From: Octopus bimaculoides
Lineage: Eukaryota
Direction: 5' to 3'
Length of the DNA stretch: 63,527 nt
NCBI RefSeq assembly: GCF_001194135.2
Contig: NC_068996.1
Location: forward strand, 56,859,487-56,923,013
Below are positions 50,742-62,919 of the stretch, one piece after another. How positions within the stretch are numbered: position 1 is the stretch's first letter; every line of letters starts with the position of its first letter. A program made the translations under genes and the position numbers. The notes beneath the pieces are model-generated. The model was not told the origin of the DNA. It saw only the letters and a list, made by a program, of their open reading frames with translations, and searched no databases.

Positions 50742-50860
50742 TAGGAGTGGCTGTGTGGATAGGCGTAGGAGTGGTTGTGTGGTAAGTAGTTTGCTTACAT
50801 GGTTTCGGGTTCAGTCCCACTGCATGACACCTTGGGCAAGTGTCTTCTACTATAGCCTCT
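50742..50860 (+). mobile_element. SINE family A head (A-box region tandemly duplicated), 3'-truncated
   Basis: TAGGAGTGGCTGTGTGG..TAGGAGTGGTTGTGTGGTAAG...GGGTTCAGTCCCACTGCATGACACCTTGGGCAAG. Confidence 0.85.
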
Positions 50861-50995
50861 ATGTCAGCTAATCTTGGCTTTCTTTTATAGTTACTCTTAA
50901 TACTGTGGACCTTGTCCTGGATTGAAGAGTTCAGAGATGAAATTCGTCTGAGCACTACTGCATGTTTTCTATTCTGAGCTTATTTAACTCTCACC

Positions 50996-51034
<39 letters not shown>

Positions 51035-51058
51035 TGTAGGTGTGTGTGTATGTGTGTG

Positions 51059-51100
<42 letters not shown>

Positions 51101-51540
51101 GATCAACAGACACAAAGATAGATATATGTTTGTGTGCACATATGGTGCTTGTGTGAGTTCATATATATTTTTCGTTACCCTTTGTTGGTTTCATGAAATG
51201 TTCTTTGCTTGCAGTCCACCATGAAACACGTTCAGGGTACCTGTTGTTTGAGCGAGTGGAGGGAAGATTATTACCGTACTTGAAAACAAGATAGCATTGT
51301 GGACCCAAATGGCATCCAGCTGTAGAAACTATTCTCTAATGTATTTTCATTTGAATTGTGCAAATATAGAACAGCAGATAATAAAACAATGATGGTGATG
51401 ATGATGATGATGATCAAACCCTGCTCAAGGAAAATAAGAATCAGATATTAAATTGGAGTAAGGTTCTGATCTAACCAATCTATCAGACATAGCTTTTTTT
51501 TTTTATCCCATGTAGGGGTTCCTATAAGTATAGCTACTGT

Positions 51541-51755
51541 CAAGGCAGTGAGCTAGCACAATCATTTGAGTGTCAGTGGAAACACTTTACAATTTTTCTT
51601 CTACTTCTTTATATTCTGAGTTCTAATCCTGCCAAGGTCAACTTTGGTTTTCATTCTTTTGGAGTTGGTTAAATAAAGTACCAGTCTAAGAATGGACATC
51701 AATGGTACTGGCTAGTCCCCTTTACTGGACTTATGCCTAAATCGTAAACTATTAT
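51541..51755 (+). mobile_element. tRNA-derived SINE, family B
   Basis: CAAGGCAGTGAGCTAGCACAATC...TTCTGAGTTCTAATCCTGCCAAGGTCAACTTTGG. Confidence 0.75.
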
Positions 51756-51951
51756 TATGACTACTATTCATAGTTTCATAGCTCCACAGTTTCAATATCA
51801 TTGATAACAGATCTATATTTATTCAGCTTTTCAACCTTCTTACTTAACTGCAATATTTTATTATTTACTTCTGGCTATTTTTTTATTCTTTTATTTTATT
51901 GTTATTAATTTTTTTTATATATTGCCTATAGTAGAAAGGATTATTATTTTT

Positions 51952-51995
<44 letters not shown>

Positions 51996-52498
51996 GTTTT
52001 TGCTGTGTCATAAAAACAAGGGTTGGTTTTATATTTATATATTTATTTGGTGTTTCATGGTTACCCCTGAGTGGTTTTAGCTAACTTCTTGCTGCTATGT
52101 GTAACTATATATCTCACAGAATTAGTATATTCCACCATTTTTTTTCACAGACCGCATGTAGAGTATACTTTATATGATTTAATAAAGATAAGGTCTGGTA
52201 GGCCTCCATACAAACCTTCCAGTGTAGGTACCCAGCTCCCATATGGCTTATGTAAGCATTAATGTTTACTACTACAGGGCATACAACAAGAACAGGATCA
52301 ACTTTCTCTTATAGCTATGCACACACACGTAGTATTTATAAAGTTTCTTTACATTCAAAGTTCAAATCTCACTGAGTCAATGTTGTCATACATCCTTTTG
52401 GGGTAAATATAAAAAAAGTACCAGTCAACTAATGGGGGCTAATGTAATCAATTTAGCCCCTCACCAAAAATTGCTAGCTGTGTGTCAAAATTTGAAGC

Positions 52499-52532
<34 letters not shown>

Positions 52533-52534
52533 GT

Positions 52535-52790
52535 TCAGTAGTTTTATTTTTATAACGTGCTTTCACTTCACTACCGAGTGCAGCTTTGTGTGCCTTGGGT
52601 ATGTGCTGTGATTCTACATTCGAGTTACCTCTATTTCCAGGTCTTTGTATTTTGAAAGTTTCTCCATTTCTTTTAGGGAAACATTGTCATCTGCTGGAAC
52701 TGATACATCAATTAGAAAGCATTTTTTTTCCTTCATGATCTTTGACAACTATATCGAGCCCATTGGCCTTAATTTCTCTATCTATGTGAT
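52535..52790 (-). mobile_element. R4/Dong-type LINE REL fragment between (AAT)n runs
   Basis: HIDREIKANGLDIVVKDHEGKKCFLIDVSVPADDNVSLKEMEKLSKYKDLEIEVTRM. Confidence 0.88.
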
Positions 52791-52824
52791 TCTTCTTCTT
52801 CTTCTTCTTTTTCTTCTTCTTCTT

Positions 52825-52895
<71 letters not shown>

Positions 52896-52917
52896 NNNNN
52901 NNNNNTTCTTCTTCTTC

Positions 52918-53002
<85 letters not shown>

Positions 53003-53005
53003 GAT

Positions 53006-53222
53006 GAAGGTGGTGAGCAGGCAGAATTCTTAGCATGCCAGGTAAAATGGTTAGTGGCATTTTGTCTGTCTTTACATTTTTAAAGTTCAAATGCCACAGA
53101 GGTTGACTGTCTTTTATCGTTTCAGAGTTGATAAAATAAATACCAGTTGAGTACTGGGGTCGATGTAATCAGCTATTCCCTTCTCCCAAAGTCTCAGGTA
53201 TTGTGCCTATAACAGAAAGGAT
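53006..53222 (+). mobile_element. tRNA-derived SINE, family B
   Basis: AAGGTGGTGAGCAGGCAGAATTCTTAGCATGCC...AACAGAAAGG(ATT)n. Confidence 0.85.
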
Positions 53223-53234
53223 TATTATTATTAT

Positions 53235-53927
53235 TTTCTTCATGTTATTTTCATTGCTGTTGATGCTTAACACAGCAATATTCCTGGGGGAAATAACAAA
53301 CCAGTTGGACTAAGGTAACACTCTTTATTCAGATTTTGAGAGCTCTGCAGAAGATTCTTGCAGTTCCAAGCAACCCTATTTTCTGTAGACATTACGTTTT
53401 CATATTTACTCCTTTATTTGCAATCTGAGAATTTGAGAAATTGGTAATTTTAGTACCCAAAGCCCCCAACAACAGCAACAGATATAACATTCAACTTCTT
53501 CAGTGACTACAGTCTTTTTATTTCCTACTTCAAATCATAATTTCTGACCTACTGCTCTTCTTCTCTTTCCAATATTTTGTCATCCTCAAGGCATCCAATA
53601 TTTATAATTAAACAGATTTTTGCCTCTTCATACCACTATGTCCAGCTTTTAATTAGCTATTTCATGATCATGATTGATCATTACATCCTACACTATCTTT
53701 ACCTTGTCATTCTCAGTTTCTGGGATTTGCCCTTACTATGCCTTTGCTCTATGCAATCCATACTTGCCACACATTTCACAATGAATCATTCTTACATTAC
53801 TCTCTCTTTGTGTTCTTTCTCAGCCAGCTTTACCATTCATTCACAACATGTCATACAGTCTCTCATTTACCACACAACCTGCACTTGTCACTTTCTGCCA
53901 TATTATCCATCTTGCTACTCTCTACAC

Positions 53928-53928
<1 letters not shown>
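53235..53928 (-). mobile_element. Degenerate R4/Dong-type LINE 3' part (CCHC knuckle plus REL)
   Basis: SDKCRLCGK.ETV.HVVNE...LLLGALGTK...CLQKIGLLGTARIF; the 5' end abuts the (AAT)n run at 53929. Confidence 0.8.
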
Positions 53929-54006
<78 letters not shown>

Positions 54007-54378
54007 NNNNNNNNNNNNNNNNNNNNNNNNNNNNNNNNNNNNNNNNNNNNNNNNNNNNNNNNNNNNNNNNNNNNNNNNNNNNNNNNNNNNNNNNNNNNNN
54101 NNNNNNNNNNNNNNNNNNNNNNNNNNNNNNNNNNNNNNNNNNNNNNNNNNNNNNNNNNNNNNNNNNNNNNNNNNNNNNNNNNNNNNNNNNNNNNNNNNNN
54201 NNNNNNNNNNNNNNNNNNNNNNNNNNNNNNNNNNNNNNNNNNNNNNNNNNNNNNNNNNNNTGCCGAGGTCAACTTTGCCTTTCATCCTTTTGGGGTCAAT
54301 AAAATAAGTACATTGGGGTTGATGCAATCGACTTACCACTTGGCACAAATTTCAGGCTTTGTATCTATAGTAGAAAGG

Positions 54379-54416
<38 letters not shown>

Positions 54417-54484
54417 AATACATTGTTAGTCTGTTCTGGTGAACTTGCAGATTGAGGACTACTATAGATAATTATTAGAAGCAA

Positions 54485-54651
54485 TTGGCCTGGCAGAGCT
54501 ACTAAAGGGGGCTACGAATTTCAGATAAACTCTACATGCCTGAAAATGTCAGATGGGTTTGTCCAGGATGTGCGCATTGTGACAAAACTATTCTGCACAC
54601 ATTCATTGATTGTCCAGGCATTGCTGACTCATAGACTTATAAAGATCAGCT
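54485..54651 (+). mobile_element. L1/Tx1-like LINE C-terminal zinc-knuckle fragment
   Basis: LAWQSY*RGLRISDKLY...CPGCAHCDKTILHTFIDCPGI (CxxC-x8-H-x4-C). Confidence 0.6.
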
Positions 54652-55565
54652 GCAATAGCAGCAGTGGTTGTTGTTGTTGTTGATGATGATGATGATGATG
54701 TGCCATACTTTATTCCTGATTGAAAGAACTATGATCACAAATATGTTTTAGTCATGACCATCTTGTCTTTTGAGGAATATCTCAGAACTAAATCTTACCA
54801 TATATGGCTTGGTGGTTTGTCCCATGTTTCGACTAAATATTATATTTTTTCTGAATTGGTTGGTTGGTTGGTTGGCTGGTTGGTTGGCGAGTTCTCATCA
54901 GTTAACTAGAGAAGAGCTAAGAACAATAAAGTATGCATTGCCTTGTCCAACAATGAAAGCACAACTTTATGATTGTAAGCTAAACACTCAAACCAATGTT
55001 GGTTCTATGTACCTTGAGATTTGGATTCTGATTTGAGTGAGATCTGGCTACTATTTCTTATTCAGTGGCTGCATATGGCTTCCTGGGTAGTAAGGGTATG
55101 CTGATTGTAACTGGAATGATGACAGCAGGAGGTGATGGTAGTGGTGATGATGTGATGATGGGGTGGATGCAGTTGTGATGATGGAGGTGGTGGTGGTGAT
55201 ACTAGTAGTTGATGGCAAAAATAACGATTACAGCCACTATTAACCCTGGGTCAGCCCTGAATTTCCATATACCCCCACCTCCCCACACTACCTTGATCCC
55301 ACCTTATTTTCAGACATAATGTTTCATGTATTTAAAACTACATTATCCAGCCTGCTTTTTTCATTCTTAAACAGTAGCATGTGATTTGAGGAATATTTGG
55401 CTTCTATTTCCAGCAAGTCAAGACCATAATGAGTATTCCTCATTAGATCATCATTCATTTTTATTCAACCCACTTTGCTGTATTTTTGTCATTTGAACAA
55501 ACAGTAAAACTATTTACTCATATGAAGCTTGATCTCTGTATTTTCAAGTTTGCTATTTGAATGTA

Positions 55566-55952
55566 CAGTAGAACCTCACAGTACGAGTGCCCCATTGTAC
55601 GAGTAATTTGCTGTACGAGCTGAGATTTGTGCAAATTTTTGTCTTGAAGTACAAGCGGAGATCCGCAGTACGAGCACACAAATCGTCCCATCTGTAACAT
55701 AATTCAGTTAATAAAACCAGTATACATATTTCTTTTGCATCCTCTTTTTTATAATTGTCATTTTATTTGTAACTACACCTTTTCTGTTTTAAAACCCATA
55801 AAAAATTATTTTGGGTTATTTTTTTGTGGGCTGGAATGGATTAATTATATTTTAGTTAGTTTCAGTGGGGAAAATTCATTTGTAAAATGAGTAAATAGTA
55901 AGACAAGCTCAGTCATGGAACAAATTAAACTTGTACTGCGAAGTATCAATTG
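55566..55952. mobile_element. Tigger/pogo-like MITE (387 bp)
   Basis: TA-CAGTAGAACCTCACAGTACGAGT left end; degenerate inverted end ACTTGTACTGCGAAGTATCAATTG-TA. Confidence 0.65.
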
Positions 55953-56039
55953 TATCTGAAATAATACTGTGCATTAATTATTAATTATGGCTGTTTCAAT
56001 GCATCAATTCTATCTACACCAGGGCTTTAATTTTATATA

Positions 56040-56130
56040 TATGGTTAGGTTATTTGGCTCATGATCATAAAGTCGCAAGTTCGATTCCTGATGGCACATT
56101 ATATCCTTGGACAAGACACTTTGTGTTGTG
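56040..56130 (+). mobile_element. tRNA-derived SINE head, family D
   Basis: TGGTTAGGTTATTTGGCTC...AAGTTCGATTCC...CCTTGGACAAGACACTT; a related minus-strand copy lies at about 1443-1550. Confidence 0.55.
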
Positions 56131-56461
56131 GAAGATATCCCGAGTGAGAGAAATGGGTGGTATCAGCTGGCAGGGTACACCGTTCGGGCTAGTTACGGCA
56201 GACAATGAAATACGTTGTTATAATGCAGGACATATCAGTGTCGAGCAAGACAGAACAGTGGCAATGAGGATTCAAACTATATGCAGTGGAAAATATTAAA
56301 AATCCTGTTGACGAAAGATTCAAACACATGCAAGACATAACAGTGGCGACGAGAAGTCAAAAACAATGACCACAGAATACAACAGTAGAAATGAGGATTC
56401 TAATTTCACGCTCTCCACAACAGTGGGACTCAGAAAAAAAAAGAGGGAAAAAAAATAAAAG

Positions 56462-57193
56462 GGTTAATATCTAGATCTGCACCTGGTGGGAAAAATGAAA
56501 GCCAAAACCGTGTGAATTTTCCGAGCCCTCTCCCTCGCACCTCGTTTGTCAGCGTGCATTTTTTCTTAGTATTTGTTGAATATACATTACATTAGATGTA
56601 TTAGACAACTTCTGTTTCACTCCTGTGACTGGGTGTTGAGGTTTAGTGCTTGGATTCTGTAGGGTTGATCCTGTGAATTTTTCACCCCCCCCCCCTCGTT
56701 TGTCAGCTTGCACTTTTTTCGTCATATTCCTTTAANNNNNNNNNNNNNNNNNNNNNNNNNNNNNNNNNNNNNNNNNNNNNNNNNNNNNNNNNNNNNNNNN
56801 NNNNNNNNNNNNNNNNNNNNNNNNNNNNNNNNNNNNNNNNNNNNNNNNNNNNNNNNNNNNNNNNNNNNNNNNNNNNNNNNNNNNNNNNNNNNNNNNNNNN
56901 NNNNNNNNNNNNNNNNNNNNNNNNNNNNNNNNNNNNNNNNNNNNNNNNNNNNNNNNNNNNNNNNNNNNNNNNNNNNNNNNATGTATTAGACAACTTCTGT
57001 TTCACTCCTGTGACTGGGTGTTGAGGTTTAGTGCTTGGATTCTGTAGGGTTGATCCTGTGAATTTTTCCCCCCCCCCCCCTCGTTTGTCAGCTTGCACTT
57101 TTTTCGTCATATTCCTTTAATATACGGTGCATTATGACTGTTACACATTTTGGTTTTCATTTTTCCCACCGGATGTGGATCTAGATATTAACC
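56462..57193. mobile_element. Unclassified TIR element with an internal 140-bp tandem array
   Basis: ~50-bp TIRs GGTTAATATCTAGATC...GGTGGGAAAAATGAAA.CCAAAA at 56462-56512 and 57141-57193; 140-bp units at 56596-56735 and 56981-57120. Confidence 0.7.
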
Positions 57194-57375
57194 AAAAAAA
57201 CTGGATGTTAAAATAATGATGATGATACACACATAGACACGGATGTCTACCATATTTCATGCAAGGAAGAGGCTTTGTCAACTAAACCTATGATAAAAGA
57301 CACATCTCCACTGCTCTGCTCTGCATTGTAGCATCAAATCTGAAAGCAATAGAAATGGCTTAGCCACACAGCTCC

Positions 57376-57417
<42 letters not shown>

Positions 57418-58698
57418 TCTCCCTGCCCTTTCTCTCCCTAATTATCTACTTATATCTCTATCTGTCTGTACCTATCTACTTTATCAATCAATCTACGTGT
57501 AATCAGTTATATTTCCATTTAACTATTTATCAAGTTGTTTGTTGTCTGCATATCTCTCAATCTGTTCATCCGTAAATTAATAACTTTGTTGTTCTTCTTC
57601 TTCTTTGCCTTCTTCCTCATCCACATTAAGCTCAGAGAACTCTTTGGATCCAACTGGAGAATTCCATTGTATTAGACAACTTCTGTTTCACTCCTGTGAC
57701 TGGGTGTTGAGGTTTAGTGCTTGGNNNNNNNNNNNNNNNNNNNNNNNNNNNNNNNNNNNNNNNNNNNNNNNNNNNNNNNNNNNNNNNNNNNNNNNNNNNN
57801 NNNNNNNNNNNNNNNNNNNNNNNNNNNNNNNNNNNNNNNNNNNNNNNNNNNNNNNNNNNNNNNNNNNNNNNNNNNNNNNNNNNNNNNNNNNNNNNNNNNN
57901 NNNNNNNNNNNNNNNNNNNNNNNNNNNNNNNNNNNNNNNNNNNNNNNNNNNNNNNNNNNNNNNNNNNNNNNNNNNNNNNNNNNNNNNATATATATATATT
58001 ATATATATATTTACACACATACATATGTATATATGTATGTGTACATACATGATATATATGTGTGTGTGTATCCTACTAATAGCCCCTACACACTTACAGT
58101 CCCGCCCACACACACATATCCACTATAACCACCACCACCACCACCACTGCTAAATTTCTGGTGATGAGAGTTATAGTTTAATGTTGCCCTATGTTTCTCT
58201 TGTGTGTCTCAAACCTTTCATGTTTAGAATTTCACTCAAGCATATAAAACAGCAATGTTTATTTTACTCTCTTAAAGACTATCTGACTGTGTGTCTTAGT
58301 TGATGTCACTGTTTGTTTAACATCGTTTTATTCTAATCCATTTCTTGTTGCGTGGACACAATATAGAGGAACGGTGGCTCCATTCTCCTCCGTGTTTGCT
58401 CTTCTATTTGTCATTTGAATCCATTCCTCCAATTACACTGTTTACTTTGCTTAATAAAACTGACAGTGCAATGTCTCATCTGTCTTTTTTTCTTCTCTCT
58501 CTTGTTTCCTCCCTTATGTTCTCTTACTCAAATAACAATAATAACAGTCTCCCACTCTCTCCCTCAGTGAGTGTGTGTGTGTCATATATATAATATATAT
58601 ATATATATAATATATAATATATATGTATATATATATATATATATNNNNNNNNNNNNNNNNNNNNNNNNNNNNNNNNNNNNNNNNNNNNNNNNNNNNNN

Positions 58699-58741
<43 letters not shown>

Positions 58742-58745
<4 letters not shown>

Positions 58746-58844
58746 ATATAAATTTAATGAATGGAGTAGAACGCATATGTTAACTGCATAGAAAGTATGC
58801 AGTTAACATATGCGTTCTATTCCATTCATTAAATTTATATATAC
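58742..58844. repeat. Near-perfect palindrome with 49-bp arms and a 5-nt loop
   Basis: 58742-58790 pairs with 58796-58844; the single non-Watson-Crick pair is G58766:T58820. Confidence 0.95.
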
Positions 58845-59224
58845 TCAATTACCCAAAATAACAAGGAGTTTCTACCTCATAAACAGGAGTTACACCACAG
58901 TCATTTTGTGATCTTTACTACCCTGGTATCTATTAACCAATTTATTTTGTCCAAATTATTTATTAATTAGGAGAAAATAAATACATACAATAAAATATAT
59001 ATANNNNNNNNNNCCCCATATGTGGTTGCAACATAAATGGGGAATATAACATGGGTCGTGTATTAGCATGTGTATATATAAAAAAGAGTGAGATAAAGAG
59101 ACCAATGGCATAAACAAATTTATATTTTATGTAGAATGTCTTATGTGTGTGTATATATGTGTGTGTGTGTGTGTATGTGTGTATATGTGTGTGTATATAT
59201 GTATGTATATATATATATATATCA

Positions 59225-59775
59225 TCATCATCATCATCGTCATTGAATGTTCGCTTTCCATGCTAGCATGGGTTGGACAATTTGACTGAGGACTGGTGAA
59301 CCAGATGGCTACACCAGGCTCCAATCTGTTTTGGCAGAGTTTCTACAGCTGGATGCCCTTCCTAACGCCAACCACTCCAAGAGTGTAGTGGGTGCTTTTA
59401 CGTGCCACCGGCATGAGGTCCAGTCAGGCAGTACTGGCAACGGCCATGCTCAAATGGTGCTTTTTAAGTGCCACCTGCACAGTAGCCAGTCTAGCAGCAC
59501 TGGCAACAACTTCACTTGAATGTTTTTCACATGCCACCGGCACAAGTGCCATTAGGGCGATGCTGGAAACGATCAGGCTCAAATGGTGCTTTTTATGTGC
59601 CACCGGCATGGAAGCTACACATCTGCTCTGGCAGTGATCATGCTCGGATGGTGGTGTTAGCACTCCACTGGCATGGGTACCAGTCATCAAATTTGGTTCA
59701 ATTTCGATTTCACTTGCCTCAACAAATCTTTGCAAACAGAGTTTAGTGTCCACTGAAGGAAAGGTTGGCATGGGT
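59225..59775 (-). mobile_element. SINE/RTE-3'UTR family C with four internal GGTGCTTTT..TGCCACCGGCA subrepeats
   Basis: Reverse complement of the family C core plus repeated ~55-65-bp subunits. Confidence 0.85.
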
Positions 59776-59778
59776 GCC

Positions 59779-59840
<62 letters not shown>

Positions 59841-59924
59841 TTATATTTATGTATATATTAATATTATATTGGTTGAAAAACTTTGATAATGCATTCAGCA
59901 CAAGTGTTGTATTTGTAATATGGT

Positions 59925-60010
59925 TCCCTGATGATAAAATTATATGTATATACCAGCATCTCTTATTCCTTTCGAGTAGAGCGCACATATATTTTGAAAC
60001 ATATGTAGGA
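59925..60010 (+). ncRNA. Minimal type I hammerhead-like motif in a Penelope-like repeat
   Basis: UCC CUGAUGA U AAAAUUAUAUGU...ACAUAUAUUUU GAAA C AUAU GUA GGA; ACAUAUGU is palindromic. Confidence 0.6.
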
Positions 60011-60267
60011 TTTAAAGGAACTTATTGATTATATGCATTTTGCTCCATTTATTATTATTCTATATATATATATGTATGTATAACTTACTTGGAAATGGAT
60101 ACATGGCATTCGATCATATAATAATATAAATAATATAGATATATATATGCATATATACATATATGTACATACCTTCATATATATGTATATACACATGTAT
60201 ATATGAGTACAGGCATCAAAAAACCTGAACATGAAAAAAATGACAACATGAAAAACATGCCTATGTA

Positions 60268-60323
<56 letters not shown>

Positions 60324-60799
60324 AAAAAAACAATAACAAAAAAACAAAAAAACAACAAAGTGAGGACGTGATATGGATAGTATTATTGGACGCTCAGGAA
60401 AGGAAAGAGATNNNNNNNNNNNNNNNNNNNNNNNNNNNNNNNNNNNNNNNNNNNNNNNNNNNNNNNNNNNNNNNNNNNNNNNNNNNNNNNNNNNNNNNNN
60501 NNNNNNNNNNNNNNNNNNNNNNNNNNNNNNNNNNNNNNNNNNNNNNNNNNNNNNNNNNNNNNNNNNNNNNNNNNNNNNNNNNNNNNNNNNNNNNNNNNNN
60601 NNNNNNNNNNNNNNNNNNNNNNNNNNNNNNNNNNNNNNNNNNNNNNNNNNNNNNNNNNNNNNNNNNNNNNNNNNNNNNNNNNNNNNNNNNNNNNNNNNNN
60701 NNNNNNNNNNNNNNNNNNNNNNNNNNNNNNNNNNNNNNNNNNNNNNNNNNNNNNNNNNNNNNNNNNNNNNNNNNNNNNNNNNNNNNNNNNNNNNNNNNN

Positions 60800-60857
<58 letters not shown>

Positions 60858-61219
60858 TATTTATATTATTATATGATCGAATGCCACACATCCTTTTCCA
60901 GTAAGTTTTATCTTTATAATTCTGATGTGACACTTCTATCACTATCCTCTCACTATCTCTATTCTCCCTCTCCTTCTTTCATTTTGTTATTCTCTCCCAC
61001 CCATTCTCTAATTCTTCTCCTCCCCTTCATCATTCTCTATCTCTCCCTCACTCTCGTTGATCACACGCGACCAGCGGCTATCTTTCTTTCTTCTCTTTGC
61101 GCTACAAGAGACAACACATATTTTTGCCTGTGTCCTCTCAAAGCTTGTTTCTCCAGAGTTCATCCCTTCACCTCATTATAGCTTAACAGCCCTCACCATT
61201 TGTTTTTACTGTTTTGTTC

Positions 61220-61520
61220 TTACTGGCCTTGTTTTTGTTACTACTTTAATCCTCTGCAAATCCCAAATTTTATTTAATTTGCTTTGCAGGAATGACTGTT
61301 TTAGCGAAGACATGTCTTGTCCCAAGCGTTCAAAATGTGGAGTAGATAAAACAGTAACAACTGATGAAGGGATTGTTCTTTATGTTGTCTGTCTCATCTC
61401 TCTATTTGTTTCTTTCATTGTTCGGAAAGAGTTCGTTTTCCATGTTTTTGTTTTTTCATGTTCTCATTTTTCATGTTGTTCACAATTTTTACGTCCTGTA
61501 CCCATATATGCATGTGTATA
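61220..61520 (+). mobile_element. Penelope-like terminal fragment
   Basis: Same family as 21940-22140 (GTAACAACTGATGAAGGG..TTCTTTATGTTG...ACGTCCTGTACCCATATATGCATG). Confidence 0.5.
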
Positions 61521-62919
61521 TATATATATATATGTATGTAGGTATGTACATATATGTATGTATATATGCATATATATATATATCATTTATATTATTATTA
61601 TTATATATACATTGACATGAGAGTTAGTTCAAGTTATTTTTAATTATAAATTACATAATTATAATTACATGATCTTTACACATTTCACTGGTGAATACCA
61701 GTATGTTATGTGGTAATCATTACATGAATGATTGTGCAATAAATGATGCTGAAATATTAAATCTTCAGAAGAAAATAGTCATTCACTTCATTATTATTTC
61801 ATGCTAGCATATAGGAAAAACTCATGTCATACATGTATATATACATTCATACACACACACACACACACACACACATACACACACACATATATAATAAATG
61901 CAAAGCTAATTTCTGTGTGTCAGTGTGTCACACTTAGACTCCCCCTCTCACTATTCAATGACACTCCTACTATTCCTCATGATGGGGTGAGAGTAATAGG
62001 AGGCATAGAGATGGTGCGGGCAGTGGTGAAGACAGACAGACTGAGAGAGAAAGAAAAAGAGAAGGAGAGAAAGAAAAAGAGAAGGAGAGAAAGAAAAAGA
62101 GAAGGAGAGAAAGTGTGACAAAGAAATTTAGTGAGAGTTGATGTTTTTTTTTAAAGTAGTTGTATTGATGGTGGCAGTGGGAGTAATAATAAAAGAGAGA
62201 GAAAGAGTGGGTATGTGCCCATCCTAAAAGAGGTCACCATCCTTGAACTCATGTCTCATGCCAGTAGCTATGGTAAAAAACATTCCAAACTGAAAAGAAA
62301 TCCCTCTTTCTAACCTCTCTGCCTATTTATCTGTCTATCTGTCTTCATCTGTATATCTCTGTGGTGGTGGTAGCCAGGGCATTTAGGGATAACAGTGATA
62401 CTAAGTGATTTGAAAGACAGTGTTGATGGTGGTGGAGGGGAAGGCGGTGAAGTCAAAGGTGTTGATGGTGGTGGTGTCAGAAGTCTGAATGGTGTGTGTG
62501 TATGGCAGTTATGGTAGCAATGGTGGTGGTACTAGTGATGGTGATGGTTGAAAACAATCAACAAAAAGAGAGAGAGGGGGAAGGAAAGAGGTTACAAAAA
62601 AAAAATTGTACTGACCTCTGAATGGGAAGACAAGAAATGTCTTTTATCATGCAGCTTTGCAATAAGTTCCCAAGTCAACAAATTATTTCCTTCTTTTGAT
62701 GAAAATTATTCATTGTTTGAAAAATATTGGTCAAGTTAATAAAAGTTTATATGTACTCAATGCATGAGGAGTCATTGTTGGGCTCAAGGCTTGATGAAGA
62801 GCCCTCCACAGGAGCTAGCTTAAAATCCGACCTATAGGGTAGCTTTTAAGCTAGTATCTGATAAAATAAATGTGAATGTCAGTGTTTCACACTTTTTCAA
62901 CTTTAATAAATCCTTTCTA

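Noticed and set aside
50742-50830. tRNA gene
   Set aside because: It has A/B-box-like motifs but no cloverleaf; it is a SINE head, as are the other copies.
56461-56467. piggyBac end (GGG-TTAA / TTAA-CC)
   Set aside because: The inverted homology extends inward from GGTTAA, so TTAA is inside the TIR and is not a target site.
56596-57724. CRISPR-like repeat array
   Set aside because: The units are 140 bp, separated by assembly gaps rather than unique spacers, in a eukaryotic context with no cas genes.
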